Source of the DNA: an uncultured Prevotella sp.
GTDB lineage: Bacteria; Bacteroidota; Bacteroidia; Bacteroidales; Bacteroidaceae
Reading direction: 5' to 3'
NCBI GenBank assembly: GCA_944319815.1
Contig: CALUEX010000050.1
Span: forward strand, 13,372 to 77,371
DNA length: 64,000 bases
How positions within the stretch are numbered: position 1 is the stretch's first letter; each line of letters opens with the position of its first letter. Shown piece after piece: positions 40,490 through 50,681 of the stretch. Position numbers and translations under genes: made by a program. Below the pieces are notes generated by a model, which had not been told where the DNA came from, did not search any database, and saw only the letters and a list, made by a program, of their open reading frames with translations.

Positions 40490-42373
40490 ATGGACAAGAA
40501 TACAATCATTGGATTTGTACTCATAGCAGCCGTCTTAATAGGTTTTAGTTGGTACAGCAGACCATCGGAAGAAGAGCTTGCGCAACAAAGGATACAGGAC
40601 TCGATTGCAGCCGTAAACAAGCAGAAAGCCGAAAACCAATTAAAGGCAGAGCAACAGGCGGCGAAGAAGAACGAGGCCAGTCAAGCCGCGCAAGACACTA
40701 CCGTGGCTTTTTACAAAGCGTTGAACGGCAAGGCGCAGGACATCGTGCTCAAGAACTCGAAGGTTGAGCTCACACTCAGCACCAAAGGCGGCACGGTGGA
40801 AAAGGCCGTAATAAAAGGGTTCAAGGACAACAAGGGCAACGATGACCTTACCCTGTTCGACGCCCAAGACCAATCACTGAAGTTCATGCTGGCCGGGAAA
40901 GAGACCAACATCATAACGAGTGACTTATATTTCACGCCTTCAAATATAACGGACTCTACTGTCACAATGACCGCCGATGCCGGTAATGGCAAGTCTCTCG
41001 TGATGAACTACAGGCTCGGCAAGGACTATATGTTGCATTTCTCTATGCAAACCAACGGCCTTGGCGGAATGTTTGCGCCCAACTATGACAAGATGGACAT
41101 CGAATGGACCGACCGTTGCCGCCAGCAAGAAAAAGGCTTTACGTTCGAGAACCAACATTCATCCTTGACTTACCACAAGACCGAGGGAGGAACCAAGAAC
41201 CTTAGCGAAACCAGCGAAAAGGTTGATGAGACCATCGAAGACGTGATTGACTGGGTTGCGTTCAAAAACCAGTTCTTCAGCGCGGTTATGATTGCGAAGA
41301 ACGATTTAGGTGCTAACTCGGCAATGACAAGCATACCGCAGGAAAAAGGCTCTGGATACTTGAAGCACTACGCGGCCAAGATGAAGACAGCTTTCGACCC
41401 TACGGGAAAGCAGCCTACGGAACTCGAATTTTACTTCGGGCCTAACGACTTCAACTTACTGAAGAAGGTTGAGAAGCAAAGCACGTTCAACAAAGACCTT
41501 GAATTGCAACGCCTTGTTTACCTTGGTTGGCCGCTGTTCAGGATTATCAACCGTTGGTTCACTATCTACGTGTTTGACTGGCTGACAGACCTTAACATCA
41601 ATATGGGTATCGTGCTCATCCTTATAACGCTGTTGCTGAAAGTCATAACCTATCCTTTGGTAAAGAAAAGCTATATGTCTTCAGCAAAGATGCGCGTACT
41701 GAGACCGAAAATAGAGGAAGCCACGAAACAATACAACAAGCCTGAAGACCAGATGCAAAAGCAACAGGCAATGATGGCTATGTATTCAAAATACGGTGTA
41801 AGCCCGTTGAGCGGATGCCTTCCAGTGCTTATACAAATGCCTATCTGGATTGCCATGTTCAACTTCGTGCCAAACGCCATACAGTTGAGAGGCGAGAGTT
41901 TCCTTTGGATTAGCGACCTTTCGACATACGACCCGATTGTTGAATGGAGTACGAACATTTGGCTAATAGGCGACCACCTAAGCCTTACGTGTATCCTTTT
42001 CTGCGGTGCTAACGTACTTTACAACATCATGACAATGCGCCAACAGAAAGACCAAATGGTAGGAGCACAGGCCGAACAGATGAAGATGATGCGCTGGATG
42101 ATGTACCTGATGCCTGTTTTCTTCTTCTTCATGTTCAACGATTATTCTGCAGGCCTTAACTTCTATTATTTCATCTCGTTGTTCTGTAGTGCAGCAATAA
42201 TGTGGATATTGCGTAAAACCACTAATGACGAAAAGCTGCTTGCCATACTTGAAGCCCGCTATCAGGAGAACAAGAACAATCCGCAAAAGATGAGTGGACT
42301 TGCAGCAAGGCTCGAAGCCATGCAAAAACAAGCCGAAGAGTTAAAGCGGCAACGCGAACAGCAAAAAAAGTAA
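40490..42373 (+). CDS. yidC: Membrane protein insertase YidC
   Basis: MDKNTIIGFVLI TM, WVAFKNQFFS, GIVLILITLLLKVITYPL, SSAKMRVLRP, GCLPVLIQMP. Confidence 0.95.
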   Translation: MDKNTIIGFVLIAAVLIGFSWYSRPSEEELAQQRIQDSIAAVNKQKAENQLKAEQQAAKKNEASQAAQDTTVAFYKALNGKAQDIVLKNSKVELTLSTKGGTVEKAVIKGFKDNKGNDDLTLFDAQDQSLKFMLAGKETNIITSDLYFTPSNITDSTVTMTADAGNGKSLVMNYRLGKDYMLHFSMQTNGLGGMFAPNYDKMDIEWTDRCRQQEKGFTFENQHSSLTYHKTEGGTKNLSETSEKVDETIEDVIDWVAFKNQFFSAVMIAKNDLGANSAMTSIPQEKGSGYLKHYAAKMKTAFDPTGKQPTELEFYFGPNDFNLLKKVEKQSTFNKDLELQRLVYLGWPLFRIINRWFTIYVFDWLTDLNINMGIVLILITLLLKVITYPLVKKSYMSSAKMRVLRPKIEEATKQYNKPEDQMQKQQAMMAMYSKYGVSPLSGCLPVLIQMPIWIAMFNFVPNAIQLRGESFLWISDLSTYDPIVEWSTNIWLIGDHLSLTCILFCGANVLYNIMTMRQQKDQMVGAQAEQMKMMRWMMYLMPVFFFFMFNDYSAGLNFYYFISLFCSAAIMWILRKTTNDEKLLAILEARYQENKNNPQKMSGLAARLEAMQKQAEELKRQREQQKK

Positions 42374-42445
42374 AGCTAAGAAATTATTAACCAATTCAAT
42401 AAGGGCAGGCACTTTGTCTGCCCTTATGTTCAAAATCAAAATATT

Positions 42446-44611
42446 ATGAATAAAACCGTAATGATTGCAGCCGCACTTGCCATCGGCACTAATTCGGCTG
42501 GAGCACAAACCACAACCGACTTTATCGGAAAGAACAACATCACGTTGAAAAGCGACTTAATGACTCCAGAAGCACTTTGGGCGATGGGTCGCATTGGCGG
42601 TCATCAGGCATCGCCTGACGGCAAGAAAATAGTTTACCAAGTAAGTTATTACAGCGTAAAAGAGAACAAAGGACACTCCGTAATCTACGTCATGGATGCT
42701 GACGGCAATAACAACAAACTGCTGACGACAAGCGAAAAGAGTGAAAGCGATGCCGTATGGATTGCCGATGGGCAAAAAATAGCGTACCTATGCGACGGCC
42801 AAATATGGGAGATGAATGCAGACGGAAGTGAGCGCAAACAGCTAACAAACGACAAGACAGGTATTGACGGCTTCATATTCTCACCCAACGAAAAGAATGT
42901 TTTACTGATTAAACAAATCCCTTACCACGAAATAATAAAGGCGAACCCTTCCGATTTACCCAAGGCTACAGGACGGCTTATAACAGACATGAACTACAGG
43001 CATTGGGACGAATACGTTGAGTCAATCCCCCACCCTTTCCTTGCAGAAGTAACGACAAACGGCATAAGCGAGGGCACAGACATAATGAAAGATGAGCCGT
43101 ATGAAAGTCCAGTGAAACCTTTTGGCGGCATCGAACAATTCGCATGGAGTCCAGACTCTAAGACCATAGCTTACACCTCGCGCAAAAAAAGCGGCATTAA
43201 ATATGCGACTTCGACCGATACAGACATCTTCTTGTACGACATCACAACGGGGAAGACTACCAATATCTGCAAACCTGACGATTATGTCGAGCCTGAAACA
43301 GACCTTACAAAATCGATGAAGAACCAGGCTGTAAACTCTCTCGAAAACCTAAAGAACAACCCAGGCTATGACACAAACCCGCAATTTTCACCTGACGGTA
43401 AATACATTGCATGGCAAAGTATGGCACGCGACGGCTATGAAAGCGACCGAAACCGACTCTGCATATACGACATAAACACGGGAGAAAAGACGTATGCGAC
43501 CGAAACTCTCGATACAAACGTTGACGTTTTCTGCTGGGGAGCGAACTCCAACGACCTTTATTTCATCGCGGTGTGGCATGGATGCGAGAACGTTTACCAG
43601 ACCAACCAGAAAGGTGAGGTCAAGCAACTTACCGACGGCTGGAACGACTACGGTTCTGTGCAACTACTCAATGACGGGAAAAAATTATTGGCCGAAAGGC
43701 ACAGTATGTCACAGGCTTCTGAGCTTTACGTAATAAACCCGAGCAAGAAAGAGAAAGAGTCGAAAGCTGAACAAATAACGTTCGAGAACAAGCACCTGTA
43801 CGACCAGATGACTTTCGGCAAAATCCAGCAACGCTGGGTAAAGACGACCGACGGCAAAGACATGATGTATTGGGTTGTGCTTCCGTCACATTTCGACGAG
43901 ACAAAGAAGTACCCCACACTGCTTTTCTGTGAAGGCGGGCCACAAAGCCCTGTATCGCAATTCTGGAGCTATCGCTGGAATATGCAAATAATGGCTGCAA
44001 ACGGCTATGTGGTCATAGCCCCGAACAGGCGCGGACTACCTGGCTTCGGCAGCGAATGGAACGAGGAAATATCCGGCGACTGGACAGGCCAGTGCATGAA
44101 AGACTACCTGACAGCCATCGACGACGCCTGTGACAACCTGCCTTTCGTTGACAAAAATCGTCTTGGCGCAGTAGGAGCCAGCTTCGGCGGCTTCAGCGTC
44201 TACTACTTGGCCGGTCACCACGACAAGCGTTTCAAGTGCTTCATAGCTCACGACGGAGCTTTCAACCTCGAGTCAATGTACACAGACACGGAAGAGGCAT
44301 GGTTCAGCAACTGGGAGTATGAAGACGCTTTCTGGAACAAAGACTTGTCCGAGAACGCCAAGCGCACATACGCAAACTCACCCCACAAATTCGTTGACAA
44401 ATGGGACACGCCCATCCTTTGCATCCATGGCGAGAAAGACTATCGCATCAACGCCAACCAAGGTATGGGTGCATTCAATGCAGCAAGGATGCGCGGCATA
44501 CCGGCCGAACTGCTGCTCTTCCCTGACGAAAACCACTGGGTATTGAAGCCCCAAAACGGCATTCTGTGGCAGCGCACATTCTTCAACTGGCTCGACAAGT
44601 GGCTAAAATAA
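42446..44611 (+). CDS. S9 family peptidase (dipeptidyl-peptidase 5-like)
   Basis: Signal peptide, PD40-like propeller repeats, GGPQS, GASFGG nucleophile, HGEKDYR, FPDENHW. Confidence 0.9.
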   Translation: MNKTVMIAAALAIGTNSAGAQTTTDFIGKNNITLKSDLMTPEALWAMGRIGGHQASPDGKKIVYQVSYYSVKENKGHSVIYVMDADGNNNKLLTTSEKSESDAVWIADGQKIAYLCDGQIWEMNADGSERKQLTNDKTGIDGFIFSPNEKNVLLIKQIPYHEIIKANPSDLPKATGRLITDMNYRHWDEYVESIPHPFLAEVTTNGISEGTDIMKDEPYESPVKPFGGIEQFAWSPDSKTIAYTSRKKSGIKYATSTDTDIFLYDITTGKTTNICKPDDYVEPETDLTKSMKNQAVNSLENLKNNPGYDTNPQFSPDGKYIAWQSMARDGYESDRNRLCIYDINTGEKTYATETLDTNVDVFCWGANSNDLYFIAVWHGCENVYQTNQKGEVKQLTDGWNDYGSVQLLNDGKKLLAERHSMSQASELYVINPSKKEKESKAEQITFENKHLYDQMTFGKIQQRWVKTTDGKDMMYWVVLPSHFDETKKYPTLLFCEGGPQSPVSQFWSYRWNMQIMAANGYVVIAPNRRGLPGFGSEWNEEISGDWTGQCMKDYLTAIDDACDNLPFVDKNRLGAVGASFGGFSVYYLAGHHDKRFKCFIAHDGAFNLESMYTDTEEAWFSNWEYEDAFWNKDLSENAKRTYANSPHKFVDKWDTPILCIHGEKDYRINANQGMGAFNAARMRGIPAELLLFPDENHWVLKPQNGILWQRTFFNWLDKWLK

Positions 44612-44773
44612 ATTATTCAGGTAGTTAAAGTAGTTAAAGAAGTTATCACTCGCTTGCTCTCGTTAAGTAGTTAAAGACGTATGCTTCATCTTCAAACGCG
44701 GCAAGCAGGTATGTCGTCTTTAACTACTTTAACCGTATATACGCCTTGACTATAAATATTAAAATTACATACA

Positions 44774-46432
44774 ATGACAAACTCTGTTCAAAAAACACTT
44801 CGCGATTCCGCCGCAACAAGGTGGATGGTGCTGTTTTTCCTGGCGTTTGCGATGTTCTGTTCATACATCTTCATGGACATCCTCTCGCCCATCAAGGACC
44901 TCATGCAGTCAACCAGAGGCTGGGACTCTACCGCTTTCGGCACAATGCAGGGGTCAGAGACGTTCCTCAACGTCTTCGTGTTCTTCCTCATCTTCGCCGG
45001 CATTATCCTCGACAAGATGGGCGTGCGCTTCACGGCCGTGCTTTCAGGCGTGGTGATGCTCGTTGGCGCTACTATCAACTGGTACGCCGTAACCGAGTCG
45101 TTCATGGGCAGCAGCCTTGAGACATGGTTCAACAACAACCTCAACTACATTCCCGGCTTCGACGAACTCGGCATCTCGCCATTCTACCGCGGTATGCCCG
45201 CGTCGGCCAAGTTCGCCGCCATTGGCTTCATGATATTCGGCTGCGGCGTCGAAATGGCCGGCATAATGGTATCGCGAGGCATCGTCAAGTGGTTCAAGGG
45301 GCACGAAATGGCACTGGCCATGGGCTCCGAGATGGCATTGGCACGTCTCGGCGTAGCCACCTGCATGATATTCTCGCCCGTGTTTGCCAAGCTCGGTGGC
45401 GACATCGACGTGTCGCGTTCCGTAGCCTTCGGCGTGGTTCTCCTCATGATTGCGCTTATCATGTTCATTGTCTACTTTTTCATGGACAAGAAGCTCGACG
45501 CGCAAACCGGCGAGGCAGAAGAGAAAGACGACCCATTCAAGGTAAGCGACATAGGCAACATCCTGCGCAGCAGCGGTTTCTGGCTTGTCGCCCTCTTGTG
45601 CGTGCTCTATTATTCGGCAATATTCCCGTTCCAGAAGTACGCCGTCAATATGTTACAGTGTAACCTCACGTTCACCGAGCTTCCTGCCGACTCGTTCTGG
45701 GCAGGAAACACCGTTACCGTAATCCAGTACGTCATAATGCTCGTCGTGGCAGCTGCCGCCTTCGCCAGCAACTTCTCAAAGAAGAAGTCCATGCGCTCAC
45801 TCATGCAGGTAGTAGCCGTCGTTGCGCTTGTTGTGTTCTGCTATATGGGCTATATGCGCCAGAGCGCAGAGACGGTGTTCGCCGTGTTCCCCCTGCTTGC
45901 CGTCGGCATCACGCCCATCCTCGGCAACTACGTTGACCATAAGGGCAAGGCAGCCTCAATGCTTGTCGTCGGTTCCCTGCTGCTCATCGCCTGCCACCTC
46001 ACTTTCGCCTTCATACTGCCCATGTTCAAGGGCAATGCCGTTGGCGGTGTCGTCGTAGCCTACGTCACAATCCTCGTTCTCGGTGCCAGCTTCTCGCTCG
46101 TGCCCGCGTCGTTGTGGCCCAGCGTGCCAAAACTCGTTGACGCGAAAATCATTGGCAGCGCCTACGCCCTAATCTTCTGGATACAAAACATCGGACTGTG
46201 GCTCTTCCCGCTACTCATCGGTAAGGTGCTCGACAAGACCAACCCACAACTCGTCAGCGACCTTGAGAACGGCCTCATTTCTCCGCAAGAAGCCGCCGTG
46301 TCTTACGACTATACCGCCCCGCTCGTCATGCTTGCCTGCCTCGGCGTGGCCGCCCTCATCCTCGGCTTTGTCCTCAAGGTGGTAGACAAGAAGAAGGGCT
46401 ACGGCCTCGAAGAACCGAACATCAAGGAGTGA
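44774..46432 (+). CDS. MFS transporter, long form (MFSD1-like)
   Basis: Multiple TM helices, GIILDKMGVR motif A, GNYVDHKG second-half motif; extra central helices. Confidence 0.82.
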   Translation: MTNSVQKTLRDSAATRWMVLFFLAFAMFCSYIFMDILSPIKDLMQSTRGWDSTAFGTMQGSETFLNVFVFFLIFAGIILDKMGVRFTAVLSGVVMLVGATINWYAVTESFMGSSLETWFNNNLNYIPGFDELGISPFYRGMPASAKFAAIGFMIFGCGVEMAGIMVSRGIVKWFKGHEMALAMGSEMALARLGVATCMIFSPVFAKLGGDIDVSRSVAFGVVLLMIALIMFIVYFFMDKKLDAQTGEAEEKDDPFKVSDIGNILRSSGFWLVALLCVLYYSAIFPFQKYAVNMLQCNLTFTELPADSFWAGNTVTVIQYVIMLVVAAAAFASNFSKKKSMRSLMQVVAVVALVVFCYMGYMRQSAETVFAVFPLLAVGITPILGNYVDHKGKAASMLVVGSLLLIACHLTFAFILPMFKGNAVGGVVVAYVTILVLGASFSLVPASLWPSVPKLVDAKIIGSAYALIFWIQNIGLWLFPLLIGKVLDKTNPQLVSDLENGLISPQEAAVSYDYTAPLVMLACLGVAALILGFVLKVVDKKKGYGLEEPNIKE

Positions 46433-46526
46433 AGAGCGAATAGTGAATGGTGAAGAATTCAATAGCCATTCACCGACTAAACGATTAAGAACCGGCTCGT
46501 AACTCATTCAATATCAACACATTGCC

Positions 46527-46563
46527 AAAAGGGCGTGTTTTGCATTGCAAAACACGCCCTTTT
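46527..46563. terminator. Long palindrome or terminator derived from an intergenic repeat family
   Basis: AAAAGGGCGTGTTTTGCA-T-TGCAAAACACGCCCTTTT. Confidence 0.65.
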
Positions 46564-46833
46564 GCATTCCCATTCGTACCTTTTCGCAAGACGAAAAAGT
46601 ATATCTTATTATACCACAACATAAGTTCGACATAATAATACGCGAGTTCAGTATAAGAAACTAGCGTTAATAAAGATTGCCTTCCTGAATGAAATGCCCA
46701 TGTTTAACCCATTGCTACTATTCCAACAAACGAAAAAACATGAATTAACCCGTCGGTGCATTGCCGTTTGTTGAAATTGTCTTAACTTTGCATTCCTAAA
46801 TATCACCATATCAGGCGAAAACCGAACGAGGAA

Positions 46834-48078
46834 ATGACGAATAGGATATTAAATAAGATAAAGGGACATCCGCACATCGTGGAGGGAACGACTTACTCTA
46901 TATTGTTCACCATCGGCTCGTGCCATCTGCTGAACGACATGATACAATCGGTCATGCCGGCGCTTTACCCACTGCTGAAAGACAAGTTCGGCTTCACGTT
47001 CGCGCAAATAGGTATCATCACGTTGGTGTTCCAACTTACATCGTCAGTGTTCCAGCCGTTCATAGGCAACTACGCTGACCGGCACCCACAACCATACTCA
47101 TTGGCACTGGGGATGTGCTTCACGCTAACGGGGCTTCTTTCGTTGGCATTTGCCCCGGGTTTCGCGCCGATACTGCTATCGGTCGCGCTCATCGGCTGCG
47201 GCTCGTCGGTGTTCCACCCTGAGGCGTCGCGCGTGGCACAACTGGCGTCAGGCGGAAAGAAAAGCCTTGCCCAGTCAATATTCCAAGTCGGAGGCAACGG
47301 CGGCAGCGCCATAGGTCCGTTGCTGGCGGCACTCATCGTGATACCATACGGCCAGCACGCAGTGGCATGGTTTGCCTTGGCCGCATTGCTCGCCTCGATG
47401 CTGCTCACACGGGTCGGCAGTTGGTATAGCCTCATACTAACCAAGATAAAGACACAACACAGCAAGCGGGCGGCAGGTGTGTGCACCTTGCCCGAGAAAA
47501 CCGTGCGAATGGCTCTCGCCATCCTCGTGCTGATGATATTCTCAAAATACTTCTTCAACGCCTGTATGACAAGCTATTTCACGTTCTTCCTCATCGACAA
47601 GTTCGGCATATCCGTGCAAGCGTCCCAATACTGTCTATTCGCCTATCTTGCAGCTTTCGCCATAGGCACGCTGCTCGGCGGCTTTCTCGGCGACAGGTAC
47701 GGACGCAAATACGTAATACTCTTTTCCATACTCGGCGCAGCCCCCTTCACGCTCGCCCTACCCTACCTCAACCTGTTCGGCACGGTCGTAATGTCCGTGA
47801 TGACCGGTCTTATCATAGCCTCGGCTTTCTCGGCCATTGTGGTTTACGCCACCGACCTGAAGCCCGACAAGGTTGGCATGATAGCCGGCGTGTTCTTCGG
47901 CCTGATGTTCGGCCTTGGCGGCATAGGCTCCGCATTCTTCGGCTGGCTTGCCGACCATACGAGCATCGAGTTCATCTTCAAGGTCAGCACATGGCTTCCG
48001 CTATTTGGCATAGTTGCCATATTCTTACCAAACGTAAAAGCCCCCTCCCAACCTCCCCGAGGGGAAGTGAATGGATGA
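46834..48078 (+). CDS. fsr: MFS transporter, fosmidomycin-resistance (Fsr) family
   Basis: HLLNDMIQS, QPFIGNYAD, GSSVFHPEASR, SIFQVGGNGG, GGFLGDRYGRK. Confidence 0.85.
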   Translation: MTNRILNKIKGHPHIVEGTTYSILFTIGSCHLLNDMIQSVMPALYPLLKDKFGFTFAQIGIITLVFQLTSSVFQPFIGNYADRHPQPYSLALGMCFTLTGLLSLAFAPGFAPILLSVALIGCGSSVFHPEASRVAQLASGGKKSLAQSIFQVGGNGGSAIGPLLAALIVIPYGQHAVAWFALAALLASMLLTRVGSWYSLILTKIKTQHSKRAAGVCTLPEKTVRMALAILVLMIFSKYFFNACMTSYFTFFLIDKFGISVQASQYCLFAYLAAFAIGTLLGGFLGDRYGRKYVILFSILGAAPFTLALPYLNLFGTVVMSVMTGLIIASAFSAIVVYATDLKPDKVGMIAGVFFGLMFGLGGIGSAFFGWLADHTSIEFIFKVSTWLPLFGIVAIFLPNVKAPSQPPRGEVNG

Positions 48079-48118
48079 GAAAGTGAGAAGGCAGCCCCTC
48101 CCAACCTCCCCGAGGGGA
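48042..48118 (+). repeat. Two direct copies of the REP-like CCCCTCCCAACCTCCCCGAGGGGA
   Basis: 48042-48065 (inside the fsr 3' end) and 48095-48118. Confidence 0.85.
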
Positions 48119-48192
48119 GAGGTATGGGTGAGAATGTGAAAAGGTGAAAAAGCGGGAAGGTTATTATGAATTGTGAATTATGAATTACTTAA

Positions 48193-49413
48193 ATGAACGA
48201 CAGTAAAATCATAAACGACCCGATATTCGGATTTATCAAAATTCCACGCGGGTTGCTGCTGCACATAGTGGAGCATCCACTGATGCAAAGGCTGACAAGG
48301 ATTAAACAGCTCGGACTGACATCCATGGTCTACCCGTCGGCACAGCACACGAGGTTCCAACATTCAATCGGCGCGTTCCACCTCATGAGCGAGGCCATAA
48401 CGTCACTAACGCAAAAGGGCATATTCATCTTCGACAGCGAAGAGGAGGCCGTCGAGGCTGCTATCCTGATGCACGACATAGGGCATGGCCCGTTCTCGCA
48501 CGTACTTGAACATACGCTGATAAGCGGCATCAGCCACGAAGAAATATCGCTGCTGATGATGGAACAAATTAACCACGAGATGAAAGGCGAACTGAACCTC
48601 GCGCTAAAGATATTCAAAAACGAATACCAAAAAAAGTTCCTCCACCAGCTCATAAGTAGCCAGCTCGACATGGACAGGCTCGACTACCTGCGCCGCGACA
48701 GTTTCTTCACCGGCGTGACCGAAGGCAACATCGGCAGCGCGAGAATAATAAAGATGCTCGACGTGCATGACGACAGCCTCGTGGTGAACTCCAAGGGCTT
48801 GTACTCAATAGAGAACTACCTGATGGCCAGGCGGTTGATGTACTGGCAGGTGTACCTGCACAAAACAACCGTGTCAAGCGAGAAAGTGTTAGTCAATGCT
48901 CTTTTGCGCGCCAAGCAACTGGCACGCGAGGGCAAGGACGTTTTTGCCACGCCATGCCTACACTATTTCCTTTATAACGACGTCCATGCCGAAACATTCA
49001 AGACCGACGAGAAAGCACAGCACTATTATTCACAGCTCGACGATAACGACATCTGGAGTTCGCTGAAAGTGTGGATGGACTGTGACGACAAGATTTTGTC
49101 CATGCTCTCAGCCGACATCATAAACAGGAACCTTTTTAAGGTCGAAATATCCGGCACGCCGATAGACGGGGCACGCATAGAAGAAATACGCAACAGGCTT
49201 GCCGGGAAATTCGGCGTAAGCCCGGACGAAGCCCGATACCTGATGAGCGTTGACACCATACAAAAGGATATGTATGACGTCAACGACGACAGGATAACCA
49301 TATTGTTCAAGGACGACAATGTCAAGGATATTTCTGAAGCGTCTGAAGTGATGAACATCTCGCTGCTTTCCAAGAAAATCAAAAAATATTACCTGTGCTA
49401 CCAACGTTTTTAG
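48193..49413 (+). CDS. HD-domain phosphohydrolase (dNTP triphosphohydrolase-like)
   Basis: INDPIFG, QRLTRIKQLG, HTRFQHS.G, MHDIGHGPFSH, DMDRLDYLRRD. Confidence 0.9.
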   Translation: MNDSKIINDPIFGFIKIPRGLLLHIVEHPLMQRLTRIKQLGLTSMVYPSAQHTRFQHSIGAFHLMSEAITSLTQKGIFIFDSEEEAVEAAILMHDIGHGPFSHVLEHTLISGISHEEISLLMMEQINHEMKGELNLALKIFKNEYQKKFLHQLISSQLDMDRLDYLRRDSFFTGVTEGNIGSARIIKMLDVHDDSLVVNSKGLYSIENYLMARRLMYWQVYLHKTTVSSEKVLVNALLRAKQLAREGKDVFATPCLHYFLYNDVHAETFKTDEKAQHYYSQLDDNDIWSSLKVWMDCDDKILSMLSADIINRNLFKVEISGTPIDGARIEEIRNRLAGKFGVSPDEARYLMSVDTIQKDMYDVNDDRITILFKDDNVKDISEASEVMNISLLSKKIKKYYLCYQRF

Positions 49414-49424
49414 ACAAAAATGTT

Positions 49425-49610
49425 TACCTTTGCATAAGGCAGCTTGCACTTTGACAAAGAAACCGTAATGATACATTTTGCGGTATTTTATTTTGCAATC
49501 CGCATGATTTACACTATCTTTGAACAAGACAGGATGCATATCGGGAATGAAAATAATAACACATTTCATGATGTTTTATTTTGCATTCCGCGCGATTTAC
49601 ACTATCTTTG
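49425..49610 (+). promoter_or_regulatory. Tandem promoters upstream of lpxD, including a 37-bp direct duplication
   Basis: TACCTTTG 49425-49432; 49486-49522 and 49574-49610 differ at 3 positions, each with TTTG-19nt-TATCTTTG. Confidence 0.75.
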
Positions 49611-49635
49611 CAACTAATATAGTAATTACATTGTA

Positions 49636-50676
49636 ATGGAATTTACGGCAAGACAAATAGCAAGTTTCATAGAAGGCAAAGTAGAGGGCGACGAAAACGT
49701 CCAAATACACACTTTCGCAAAAATAGAAGAAGGTATGCCGGGAGCCATTTCGTTCCTGTCAAACCCCAAATATACACATTATATTTATGACACGAAGTCG
49801 AGCATTGTGCTAATAAATGAGGACGTTGTGCTTGAAAAGCCGGTAAAGGCTACCTTGATAAGGGTAAAGAACGCATACGAATGCGTAGCCAAACTGCTAC
49901 AAGTATACCAAGCCTCACTACCAAAGAAATGCGGCATTAGCCCAATGTCGTTCATTGCAGAAAGCGCAAAAGTAGGCAAAGACTGTTACGTAGGTGCATT
50001 CGCATACATAGGCGACAACACGGAAATTGGAGAAGGTTCACTTATCCATCCGCACGCAGTAATAGAAGATGGGGTGAAAATCGGTGCCAACTGCCAGATT
50101 TACCCCAATGTAACCATCTACCAAGGGTGCAAAATAGGCAATAACGTAACAATACATTCAGGCTCGGTCATAGGTGCTGACGGTTTTGGATTTGCACCAA
50201 ACACCGACGGATATGACAAAATACCACAAATCGGCATAGTAACAATCGAAGACGATGTTGAAATCGGAGCTAACACCTGTGTTGACCGCTCAACGATGGG
50301 AACAACCATCATACGCAAAGGCGTTAAACTTGACAACCTCGTACAGATAGCCCATAATGTTGAAGTTGGCGAAAACACCGTAATGTCAGCTCAAGTGGGA
50401 GTAGCCGGAAGCACAAAAATAGGCAAGTGGTGTATGTTTGGAGGACAAGTAGGAATATCAGGACATATCAGTATCGGTGACAAGACATTCCTCGGGGCAC
50501 AGTCTGGAGTACCAGGCAATATCAAAGGTAACGAGACCCTTATTGGAACGCCTCCGATGGAGCCAAAGGCTTACTTCAAGGCTATAGCATTAACTCGCAA
50601 ATTGCCAGAGATTTACAAACAGCTCAATAGTCTACAAAAGCAAGTGGAAGAATTAAAACAGACCAATAATAAATAA
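49636..50676 (+). CDS. lpxD: UDP-3-O-acylglucosamine N-acyltransferase
   Basis: ISFLSNPKY, hexapeptide repeats, [28 protein letters not shown]. Confidence 0.97.
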   Translation: MEFTARQIASFIEGKVEGDENVQIHTFAKIEEGMPGAISFLSNPKYTHYIYDTKSSIVLINEDVVLEKPVKATLIRVKNAYECVAKLLQVYQASLPKKCGISPMSFIAESAKVGKDCYVGAFAYIGDNTEIGEGSLIHPHAVIEDGVKIGANCQIYPNVTIYQGCKIGNNVTIHSGSVIGADGFGFAPNTDGYDKIPQIGIVTIEDDVEIGANTCVDRSTMGTTIIRKGVKLDNLVQIAHNVEVGENTVMSAQVGVAGSTKIGKWCMFGGQVGISGHISIGDKTFLGAQSGVPGNIKGNETLIGTPPMEPKAYFKAIALTRKLPEIYKQLNSLQKQVEELKQTNNK

Positions 50677-50681
50677 CGGAA

